Shown here: positions 30,201 through 37,497 of the stretch, one piece after another
Position numbering within the stretch: the first letter of the stretch is position 1
How the letters are laid out: each line of letters starts with the position of its first letter
NCBI GenBank assembly: GCA_050251055.1
Contig: JBFWNL010000001.1
Coordinates: forward strand, 203,825 to 267,824
Origin: Bacteriovoracia bacterium
Lineage (GTDB): Bacteria; Bdellovibrionota; UBA1018; JBFWNL01
Direction: 5' to 3'
Length of the DNA stretch: 64,000 bases
Notes under the pieces: model-generated
What the model was told of the DNA's origin: nothing
What the model saw: only the letters and a program-made list of their open reading frames with translations
The model's database searches: none
Position numbers and translations under genes: made by a program

Positions 30201-30264
30201 CAAGCGTGGCGGAAAAAAGCATGAGACCGCTGATGGCTAAAAAGGAACTCACCTGTGATTTCAT
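27223..30264 (-). CDS. signal peptide + beta-rich domain + Clp/Hsp100-like AAA+ protein (degenerate D1)
   Basis: N-terminus ends AQA|. D2 has 'QRIVGHDRAI', FIGPKGVGKTESARALA, LFDEIDKA and LDFRSTLVILTAN. Confidence 0.85.
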   Translation of the reverse strand: MKSQVSSFLAISGLMLFSATLAQAAKGTAPSYHYFALPEDEATLLQARLRKDGYKATIKPGLYYQDQTSLTLERGNGGIVAQYNVASCVIDNPDQPGTLTRDVKIAGPGEPKPAIPQVAQNSGNGSYQIGFVSIQVGNPNALPWVLRQNAKLRFEIDEKRLILPGTPPSAGDLYPIAGGVLVTRKVNGQKILTYASNDGKQVKDFPVTPFSQIVTSDVSSSGFYFVGQSPQSKRAALYYATQEGALTELAPANFDLSQLAMRVSIIREGIFFLEGDLSESASQKLSFLKYDTRTQSVRVSFSRPGNASKKFSIINNQATVQNRNANGQWERYLVLYDGSELETANYSLRNRLSDEDHKVLREHKFTDYTQRAELGESMNVVHRPEYSQALLGNLVYGSTGWINIVAPRGVNAADVVQDLANQLAWANKLTLPREIESFKLIGIPPEKIQSTWEAGIKIENARASAGPNDAAKTAPNPWGELRKVFWRKRAALVIDNFLKQQGNMGASEQLTLLMGAFNSLANGNDVSDLESRSMLIVTITEDKHWEQAKKNNPVLDTLARTIYVQPPQGDVLRAIVRSQLYQIQMRHAVQFRDDVLARVFEMSAQFHPELAEPERTLTTLAEIGAYARTQQAAVSGNQPTLVNTEVLGQFAEATYQVKLISHDDDSFKAAMHQRIVGHDRAIERLAQAASMIRTRMYDKTRGYGTFLFIGPKGVGKTESARALADVLKFPLYTINLAAGPSQLISSKDAAKLKEMGSKPRIVLFDEIDKAEPDVIKALHPILEEGRYPLSGENDDDYLDFRSTLVILTANYAAKDIQAISLESGMAEVNADNEALFIDRIAQGGLVRTNEENLERGQIPDFIWSRISSKVCIFTPFTEDQGLGVLALQLKRLETRLKDNWNRPVKIHLSRGYALKVVRQGMAASDKNRNANAGNGHTIKNTLDNEVFTKVAEKFNQIQETLTEDSLADLHDFYIVLMPNGKLEVITNLEDPEIQKQLDRKNLITSDFVAGGEK

Positions 30265-30347
30265 TCCAGTCCTTTCCCGTTTTGACGCACCGTATTATAT
30301 TTGCGGCGGTTTCGCAAGTTGGTATTGGATGAAAAAAGTCGGTTTAT

Positions 30348-31640
30348 TTAGGGGCTTACCGTTGATTCGAGGCTGTCGGTAAGCGCCTTGGGCAGCAGGG
30401 CGAGGGCCCGTTCCGAGGCATCCAGATATTCGTTTCTCCAGCGGGGTTGGCCACCGGAGGGCGGTTGATCGAGCTCCAAGCACCCGGATAAGCGCCGAAG
30501 CAGGAAGAGGTACTCTAGGCGCTCGGGGGCCCGGCCCGTGAGGGAGGTGGCTAGCGCGTCAACCGAGCCAATATAGATATGAGCGCCGAGCGCCTGTACG
30601 CTCGCGAAGGAATCCTCTTGGAACGACGCGGGGTCGAGTTTCCGACGCATCTCCAGCGTCTGGATCGCGTAGTTTAATAAGGAACCCCCCGGAGGGTTGG
30701 CGAGCAGATTTCGACTGGCCTCCTCTTGCACCCTCCAGGCGGATGGAGAGACCTCGTTGTCGGCGACCAGTCCCGCGAGGATCTGCCGCTGTACTTCCGT
30801 CTTTCCCCAGTTGGCGATCTGGGCTTTGAGCTGGGCTTGGTTTTCCACCAGCTTGGCCCGCCGATCGAGATACGATTCGATTTCACCGCGAATTCGCATG
30901 ACTTCGGCCAGTAGCCCGGCCGCGCTCGGCATATCCGCATTTTCTTCCAGAGCGGTTTGAAGCTCACGAAGATCCCGTAGAAACTCTTCCGGCTTCGTGT
31001 AGTCTCGTTCGGTGTAACGCCGCTGCGTGAGCTTCACGTAGTGGGTAAAGAGCGCCAGCTCCATCTGGTGCTGGTAGGCATCGAGCTGGTTTTTTGGAAT
31101 CGTCGCTTCGAAGAGATCGAATCCAAGGCGGAATCTATGGCGGTAGTTAGCGGGAAAGCGCACGGCTTCCAAGAGCCGTGAAAAGTCCTTGAACTGCGTC
31201 GCGGTATTGAGGCCGGGTAGCCAACCCCGCAACCGATCGGCCCATTGCATAGGCTGGAGTTCATAATCTTTTTTAAGGGAGCTGAATTTTTTTAAGAGCG
31301 AGGTCACGGTTTCCTCGCCCGTGGGGAGGCGAGGGGACGGGACGCCGATGCTTCCCTTAGGCGCGGGGGCGGGCTCCAAGTAGCCCAATCCTCGCTCCCT
31401 TCGGCTTTTTCGGAGCTGCTCGCAAAGCGCCTGGTCCTCGCTATCGAGCTCCTTGGAGGTTTCGCAGGCGAATGCCAAGCTGTCACAGAGGGCGGCGTCC
31501 CGGCCCGATAGGGTCGGCAAGTGAATGCAAGTATTGATGGTAAAACTCACCAGCCGGGGATCGGAAAAAAACTGATACGCCTCCGCTGGCCTAGGCACTA
31601 GGCTGCCGAGGAGCAGAATCAGGGCGCCCGTTCGTCTCAT
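30348..31640 (-). CDS. secreted Cys-motif protein C
   Basis: ATG at 31640 overlaps the upstream stop. AEA|YQFF, Cx6C, DSEDQALC; C-terminal LELDQP...PRW. Confidence 0.75.
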   Translation of the reverse strand: MRRTGALILLLGSLVPRPAEAYQFFSDPRLVSFTINTCIHLPTLSGRDAALCDSLAFACETSKELDSEDQALCEQLRKSRRERGLGYLEPAPAPKGSIGVPSPRLPTGEETVTSLLKKFSSLKKDYELQPMQWADRLRGWLPGLNTATQFKDFSRLLEAVRFPANYRHRFRLGFDLFEATIPKNQLDAYQHQMELALFTHYVKLTQRRYTERDYTKPEEFLRDLRELQTALEENADMPSAAGLLAEVMRIRGEIESYLDRRAKLVENQAQLKAQIANWGKTEVQRQILAGLVADNEVSPSAWRVQEEASRNLLANPPGGSLLNYAIQTLEMRRKLDPASFQEDSFASVQALGAHIYIGSVDALATSLTGRAPERLEYLFLLRRLSGCLELDQPPSGGQPRWRNEYLDASERALALLPKALTDSLESTVSP

Positions 31641-33001
31641 GGCTTGGCCGCCTCCTGGGAGAGCAATGGCATGAGCGTTTGCAGCTGGGACGAACGATCT
31701 TGATAGTCCGTCCACCAGCGGACTTGCTCGCCTTGAACGGGCTGATCGAGGTTTAACCGGGCCCGAAGCTCCGTGAGCAGGGCAGCGACCTGGATCTTTG
31801 CTTCCGCCGACTCCGCCGGCATCTGCAGAAGCGCGCTTACGGCGCCGATGTACGCGTTGGCGGCCACGCTTTGCAGTCCTCCGAAATCAGGGGAGGTCCG
31901 CAAGTCGGGATCCTGCAGGGTGCGGAGTTCGTAGATGGCCAGCAGGCGCGCGGGGAAAGTATTTTGCGGTTCGCGAATCGAAAGCGTGGTTTGCGCGAAG
32001 GCGGCCTCCCGGATAAAAGTCGCCCCGGGGATTTCCGCGCCGGGGGTGAGGAATGCCTCGTAGAGTGGGCGATGCTCGGGGATCCTGCACCACTTCGTGA
32101 TCTCGGCCCGCAGACGCGCTTCTTCGCGGGCCGCGATCGCCTGCCTTTCCAGGACCTCGTCAATTTCTTGCAGCCATTCGCGCACCGTCCGCGCATACTC
32201 CGCCATCGTGTCGCGGCCCCTGATCGTGGAGTCCGCCAGCTCGAGGTCGGTCAAGAAGTCCGCGAGGTCGGCGCGAAAAACCCCTAGATTCTTGAAGTCG
32301 CGATTCTCGAAGCGGGCTTTCGAGAGCGTGAAATAGAGGCGGAGTCCGGCGGCGGTGATCTGGGGGCGAATCACCTCCAGGTTTCCGGCATACCGAGTCC
32401 CCCCTACCATCATGCCATCGCGCTTCACGCGAAAGGAGTATTCCTTTCCCTGGAGCGGCGAGAGGAGGGTCTTTAAAATCCTTCGCATGTCCTTAATAGT
32501 GATATCGCTGCGCAAGGTTGTTCGTGCCTGGGCCAAGAAGGTCGGCCACTCGTAGGGATCGCAACCGTTGAAGTCTTTTTTTCGGTACGCTTCCCAGCGT
32601 TTCAAAAATTCGTCCACGGTCTCATTCCCTCGCAGGGGCTGCGGTGCGGGGCGAGTGAGCGGAGGACGAGGCCCCGGGGGGGCTGGCGTGGTGCCCGGGG
32701 ACGCACCGCCGGGAGGCACCCAGCCCGCGGGATTGATGATTCCGTCGCAAAGCGCGATATCCTCGGCGTCCATGACCGAGTATCCGCGGGTCAGTTGGCA
32801 GAGAGAGTCGAGGAGCCTGCAGTATTCGCCCCAGATCCGATCGGAGCCGTAGGTCTTCTGAATGCACGCGCCGACGATCGTCGTTACTTCCTTAGCCTGG
32901 AAGTAACGGTAAGCGTGGGCGGGGGGCATGTAGATGAGTGCCGACATGCCGACGAGCGCAAGGATCAGCCTTTGGCGGAAACGGGGCTTTGGGCCGGTCA
33001 C
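31637..33001 (-). CDS. secreted Cys-motif protein B
   Basis: AHA|YRYF, Cx6C, DAEDIALC, Pro-rich linker; C-terminal LNLDQPVQGEQVRW. Confidence 0.75.
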   Translation of the reverse strand: MTGPKPRFRQRLILALVGMSALIYMPPAHAYRYFQAKEVTTIVGACIQKTYGSDRIWGEYCRLLDSLCQLTRGYSVMDAEDIALCDGIINPAGWVPPGGASPGTTPAPPGPRPPLTRPAPQPLRGNETVDEFLKRWEAYRKKDFNGCDPYEWPTFLAQARTTLRSDITIKDMRRILKTLLSPLQGKEYSFRVKRDGMMVGGTRYAGNLEVIRPQITAAGLRLYFTLSKARFENRDFKNLGVFRADLADFLTDLELADSTIRGRDTMAEYARTVREWLQEIDEVLERQAIAAREEARLRAEITKWCRIPEHRPLYEAFLTPGAEIPGATFIREAAFAQTTLSIREPQNTFPARLLAIYELRTLQDPDLRTSPDFGGLQSVAANAYIGAVSALLQMPAESAEAKIQVAALLTELRARLNLDQPVQGEQVRWWTDYQDRSSQLQTLMPLLSQEAAKP

Positions 33002-34425
33002 GGGAACTCCTTCTGGTACGCTTCGGAGCCCGCGCCCATCAGTTGCAGGTAAAGATCCACGCTCACGGAAACCACGCTATCTTCATAGGCCTGGTAAAGG
33101 CGACGCACGAGGGCGTAAGGCTTAGCGCAGTCACGCACGCGCGCGAGCAAGCGGCGATAACCTTCGACCGTGTCCATTTTCAGTAGCCAGTGGTCGTCGG
33201 CGACGATCTTGCCTAACCGGGAGGGGGGAAGCGCCGTCTGCCAAGGCGAAACCTTTCTTTTGGCCGCCAGCGCGTCTTCCAGTAGCCGCAGCGAGCGTAG
33301 AGCGGACTCGAGGTCCTCCATGCGGCAGCTCGTGGCTTTGCTTTCCATGGCCGCGAAAACCGCTTCGGGCGATGGGAGGGCAAGAAGTTCCACCAGCGCT
33401 TGAATTTCTGGGGCGCCGAAAGCCGTGGCCTTCGCGCCGGGCGGAGGAAACTCGAAGAGCCGAAGCTTTAAGTCGGCGTTCGCCATCCCCGGAAGGGCGC
33501 GTTCGAGTTCGGTGAAAACCTTGGAGGCATCCTGTGCAGCGGACGAACGGGAGCGTTTTAGTGAATCGACCAGCGCTGGATAAAGCACGCCTTGCTGGCT
33601 GGGGTCTAATCGTTTGAACGCGCCCTGGAACGCCGCGATCCAGGCTTCCGTGAGATTGCGCTCAAGAGTTTGCGTAATCTCGGTCGTGAAGACCTTGTCC
33701 TTGTTGATCCGATACTGCTCGTAGTTCTTCGGCGGGGAACCAAAGGCGGAGCTACTGTAGCCATTCGGCGTCCAAAGCTTCCAGCCAAGGCCCTTGCGCT
33801 CGAGCCGGTACCCATCGATGCGCATGTTGTCCACGAAAATACTTCGCAGCTTGGTTTCGTCAGACATGGAGCTGACGAAGAGCTCGCCGATGCCGCGCAT
33901 GGTCTGCGGACACTGGCGCATGCCATCGATCAGCATGTCTTCGGAATAAATTTCGTCCCGGTAATGGGAGAAAACTAATTTCGCATATCCTTCGCCGGAG
34001 GAAGTCGCATCCCAGGTATAACCCCCATAGTTGAAGAAGCCGCCGGGGCCGGGCCGGAGCAGGTTCGCGGGGCACTGCGTGCCTTCATACACGCAGGAAG
34101 GTTGCTTGGGGTCGTAGGGACAGCGGGGATTGAGCTTTCTCATCTCACGCGTGAAGGCGCGATCGGCGGCGGTTTTGAGCTCGCGGCAGAGGACCTGGTC
34201 CTCCATGTCCAGGAAGCGCGAGAGTTCGCAGGCGCTCACTAAGTGATGGCATTTGCGCCGATCTTCCACGGACGCGGTGTCGTCCGGCCAGTTCGCTAGG
34301 CAGTCCTGGGCGAGCTTGAACAGCGCCGCATCCGCGAAAATCGTGTAGGCGTGAGCGGCGGGCGGCGCGAGCGAAGTCAGCGCTAGCGCTAAAGTGATGA
34401 GCAGCGGTTTCCAGAAACACTTCAC
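32998..34425 (-). CDS. secreted Cys-motif protein A
   Basis: AHA|YTIF, Cx6C, DMEDQVLC; paralog of E. Confidence 0.75.
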   Translation of the reverse strand: MKCFWKPLLITLALALTSLAPPAAHAYTIFADAALFKLAQDCLANWPDDTASVEDRRKCHHLVSACELSRFLDMEDQVLCRELKTAADRAFTREMRKLNPRCPYDPKQPSCVYEGTQCPANLLRPGPGGFFNYGGYTWDATSSGEGYAKLVFSHYRDEIYSEDMLIDGMRQCPQTMRGIGELFVSSMSDETKLRSIFVDNMRIDGYRLERKGLGWKLWTPNGYSSSAFGSPPKNYEQYRINKDKVFTTEITQTLERNLTEAWIAAFQGAFKRLDPSQQGVLYPALVDSLKRSRSSAAQDASKVFTELERALPGMANADLKLRLFEFPPPGAKATAFGAPEIQALVELLALPSPEAVFAAMESKATSCRMEDLESALRSLRLLEDALAAKRKVSPWQTALPPSRLGKIVADDHWLLKMDTVEGYRRLLARVRDCAKPYALVRRLYQAYEDSVVSVSVDLYLQLMGAGSEAYQKEFP

Positions 34426-35348
34426 TGGCGGCCTCCGGAGGAGCGCGAGCCACGGCGAGCGGGCTTCTCGGTGGGCTTGGCCGGGGCCGGCCAGCTCATC
34501 TCGATGCCTCCGACGGCGTGATAATTAAGGGAGTCGACGGAAAGCTGCGCCTGGAAGCGGCCCAGGGTTTCGGGGTTTTCCCGGATGGAGCTCACGAAAA
34601 AACTCATGGGGGTGGCGAAGATCGCCGGTACGTCGCCGACGATGTACTCGGTGCCTTGTACGGCGACGGGAGGGATTTCCTGGAAGATTGATTTTGCGAT
34701 CGCGACCACTTCACCGGCGTCGTTCACGAGCGGGCTGCCGGAATTTCCGGCGCGCGCGGTACAGGCGACGAGCGTCCAGTTGTGCTTTTCGATGCCGGCG
34801 CCTCCGCAGATTTCCAGATCGATCGTGGGCTCGTATCCGGCGCGCGGCTCGGCGATGTATCGGTTGTCGAAGGTGGACGAGATTTTCCAGGGGTGCTTGG
34901 GCGGTTTTGCGGCGCCGACGATCGGAAGCGGCTGAATCCCCGGGATGTCCACGGATTCCTCGAGGCGTAGAAGTGCGTAGTCTTCGAGGCTGGTTTCAAA
35001 CACGATCTGGGTGGAAAGATAGCTCTGGATGCGTTCGGCGTTGGGGCGGTTGGGTGCTTGCGGCGCGCGAAATAGCACGCGGGTGCGGACCGTTTCTTCG
35101 GGCCGGCGGGCGATGCAGTGCTGATTGGTGAGGACGAGCTGTTTACCAACGAGAAATCCCGTACAGGCGCCCGTGCTCGTGACGCTCCCCTTGGCGTCGA
35201 GCTTTTCCATGATCAGCGTCGCCGTAGCCCGTAAGGCTTGGGTCACGCCGGCGGGGATGGCGCGTCCCAGGTTCGGGTTGGGGTCGGCGGCACAAAGCAG
35301 CGAGAGGCCGAGACTCGGTAGGGTGAGGGTCCATACTTGCCAGTTCAT
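34422..35348 (-). CDS. secreted trypsin-like serine protease (copy 1)
   Basis: Signal peptide; triad TNQHC, EDYALL, AGNSGSP; shares PKHPWKISSTFD.RYI.EPR.GY with copy 2. Confidence 0.88.
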   Translation of the reverse strand: MNWQVWTLTLPSLGLSLLCAADPNPNLGRAIPAGVTQALRATATLIMEKLDAKGSVTSTGACTGFLVGKQLVLTNQHCIARRPEETVRTRVLFRAPQAPNRPNAERIQSYLSTQIVFETSLEDYALLRLEESVDIPGIQPLPIVGAAKPPKHPWKISSTFDNRYIAEPRAGYEPTIDLEICGGAGIEKHNWTLVACTARAGNSGSPLVNDAGEVVAIAKSIFQEIPPVAVQGTEYIVGDVPAIFATPMSFFVSSIRENPETLGRFQAQLSVDSLNYHAVGGIEMSWPAPAKPTEKPARRGSRSSGGRQ

Positions 35349-35459
35349 GACCGGCGAAAATTACTATAATTGATTTAATTAATCAACATAACACTAACGC
35401 AGTGCATATATTTAAAAATCATGTAATTACAAATGATTGTGCGGCTTTTTTCGGGTTGC

Positions 35460-35550
35460 GAGGTGACGGTGAGAATCGCCCTGCGCTTCTTCGCCTCCGG
35501 CTCAGTCGCTGCGGGCTCACCCTCGTCGCTCCTCGGGTTCGATTCTCCCG
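35460..35550. repeat. tRNA-Cys 3'-end-derived repeat/hairpin element
   Basis: 35460-35478 is identical to 35615-35633 (19 bp). An inverted T-arm-like copy (TTCGATTCTCCCG) lies at 35538-35550. Confidence 0.75.
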
Positions 35551-35612
35551 ATGATGGATTCATCGCTATTCGGCTCTGCGGCTATTTTGTGATTTTTTGG
35601 GAAATTTTTATT

Positions 35613-35688
35613 TGGAGGTGACGGTGAGAATCGAACTCACAAAATACGGTTTTGCAAACCGTCCCATTAGCCATTCTGGCACGTCACC
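35613..35688 (-). tRNA. tRNA-Cys(GCA)
   Basis: GGTGACG/CGTCACC acceptor, ACGGT-TTGCAAA-ACCGT anticodon arm, U73, CCA. Confidence 0.95.
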
Positions 35689-35746
35689 CCTTCAAGGAGA
35701 GACCAATCTAGCTCGCGCGGGAGAATTTTTGAACCCCTAAAATCGG

Positions 35747-35784
35747 ACGGGCCAGGTGCCGCATTCGTGCAACACCTGGCCCGT
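35747..35784 (-). terminator. strong hairpin, probable 3' end of the riboswitch-containing RNA
   Basis: 12-bp perfect stem ACGGGCCAGGTG/CACCTGGCCCGT with a weak U-tract. Confidence 0.5.
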
Positions 35785-35864
35785 GAGAATTGAAGAGGAG
35801 GTCCGGGTAGGGGACCCCCCTTTGAAACTGTATTCGGTCATTCCTGACCGCGAGTTCCGCTCCT

Positions 35865-35952
35865 TTGGCAACCTGGCAAGCTTAGACCCTCGGGGTAAAG
35901 GTCGTTAGCCCCATGGCTTTGCGTGTTCAGCCTTTCGACTGACTTGCCTTTT
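35865..35952 (-). ncRNA. cyclic di-GMP-I (GEMM) riboswitch aptamer
   Basis: Minus strand reads AGGCAAGTCAGTC-GAAA-GGCTGAACACGCAAAGCCATGGGGCTAA...GCCAGGTTGCC, the GEMM-I architecture (GNRA loop, GCAAAGC, CTAA, GCC..GTTGCC). Confidence 0.8.
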
Positions 35953-36259
35953 TCAAAGGGGGTATGAGGATTAACCCACCTCTTCAAGCGGCTCCTCCTG
36001 AGCCTATGACTTCCTAAAGCGTCGAGAAATTGTTAAATTCCCTTCTCTGAGTTCAGGATATCTGGAATTGCTGCGGATGGCAAATATTAATATAACTATT
36101 TGATATTAAATGATTTAGTCTTAATATTTGCGTGTGTCTTGGCTTTAATTGTTAATTTTGCTGATGCCTCGGAAGGTGCGGCGTGAGCTAGCCCATTCTT
36201 ATCAGGATCCTCGCGCTTGCGTTGCGTCTGGGGCAGCTCATGGTTAAGATTTGAGGCGA

Positions 36260-37387
36260 ATGAGGGGCTTGGGAACGATAGCGGCCGTTGCGTTGGCCAT
36301 CGGAGGGAGTGGGGGTATCGGGCACGCTACGTCCACGACTCCCGCCGTAACCCAAGACTCCCCGGGATCCTTTTCCCAGAAAACCGTCCATGATTTCCCT
36401 CTACGCTCGATCGGTAAACTGCAGGTTTCCAATCGCCACGGCGCGGTCTCCGTAAAGGGCTGGAGCCAAGACAAAATTCGCGTGACGGTTGTGAAGCTTA
36501 CGCAAGCCACCGACGAAGCGGAAGCCTCGACTCAGTTTCAGCAGCTGGGGCTTTTGCAGCGCGGGCGCGGCGAGCACTTCGAACTCATCGCTCAGTATGG
36601 AAGGGCGATGGGCATCGAGCAGCGGTTGGCCAATACGAAAGCTCCGAAGGTGAGGTTGGATCTGGAGATCCAAGCCCCCGCGAAGCTGCTGCTTCAGGCT
36701 TGGACGACGGGCGATCGGATCGCCGTGAAAAACTGGCACGCGCCGGTGGACGTGCGCACGGAGACGGGGCTGATACAGATTGAAGAAGTGCGCGCCAAGG
36801 AAGTGAAGGCGACGTGCGTTGCGTGCGGCATGAAAATTCGAGCCATTTCCGGCTCCGTTAGGTGTTTAGGAGGGAGTGGCGACATCGATCTGCGCGACCT
36901 TGCATCGGATCAAATTTACGTCGAGACCTCGAGTGGAGCGATCTTGCCGAATCGCACGAACGGTAATCAGCTTTACGTCACGCAGGGCGGGGCGATTCTT
37001 GGCAAGAGTTTAAACGGAAGGGTGGAGTTTCAAACGAAGTCCGGGCGCGTGGATCTTTCGCAGTCGGCGGGTTTTGCTAGCGGCCGGACCACGAGCGGCG
37101 ACGTGCGGGTGGAGATGGCGAAGTGGAAGTTCCTGGATCGGGCCGTGTTCGAATCCGAACTGGGACAGATCTCCTTGAAGCTCCCATCCGACTTTTCCGC
37201 CACCGTGGACCTGCGGACGGAGCGGGGCAAGATGCGATTGGAGTTCCCGCTGCGCGTTTTGCGGGATGACGAGGAAAGCCTCAAGAATTCCGCGACTCGC
37301 CTCAAGGGAGCCATCGGCGAAAACGACCATCACAATCTGACGGTTTACAGCCGGATGGGTAACGTGAGAGTGCTGCGTGGGAGCTGA
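36260..37387 (+). CDS. DUF4097-like beta-strand repeat secreted protein
   Basis: Signal peptide; repeated 'T.SG.I/V' units. Confidence 0.75.
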   Translation: MRGLGTIAAVALAIGGSGGIGHATSTTPAVTQDSPGSFSQKTVHDFPLRSIGKLQVSNRHGAVSVKGWSQDKIRVTVVKLTQATDEAEASTQFQQLGLLQRGRGEHFELIAQYGRAMGIEQRLANTKAPKVRLDLEIQAPAKLLLQAWTTGDRIAVKNWHAPVDVRTETGLIQIEEVRAKEVKATCVACGMKIRAISGSVRCLGGSGDIDLRDLASDQIYVETSSGAILPNRTNGNQLYVTQGGAILGKSLNGRVEFQTKSGRVDLSQSAGFASGRTTSGDVRVEMAKWKFLDRAVFESELGQISLKLPSDFSATVDLRTERGKMRLEFPLRVLRDDEESLKNSATRLKGAIGENDHHNLTVYSRMGNVRVLRGS

Positions 37388-37497
37388 CGAACGCGAGTTA
37401 GTTGGAAACTACGACGAAAGTGACCACGAGAACGAAAAATGTAACGATCGACAGGGCCTTCATTATACCCCCCCTATCGGCATATCAGGCATAATAC

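Noticed and set aside
23969-30264. ClpV of a type VI secretion system, ordinary ClpB/ClpA, or MoxR-VWA
   Set aside because: No tss genes nearby, no Clp N-domain repeats or M-domain, D1 is degenerate, signal peptides are present, and D2 motifs are Clp-type rather than MoxR-type.
20074-35348. Anti-phage trypsin-ATPase defence system or prophage
   Set aside because: All components look exported, the ATPases are not STAND-type, and there are no nuclease, structural or integrase genes. Not formally excluded, but unsupported.
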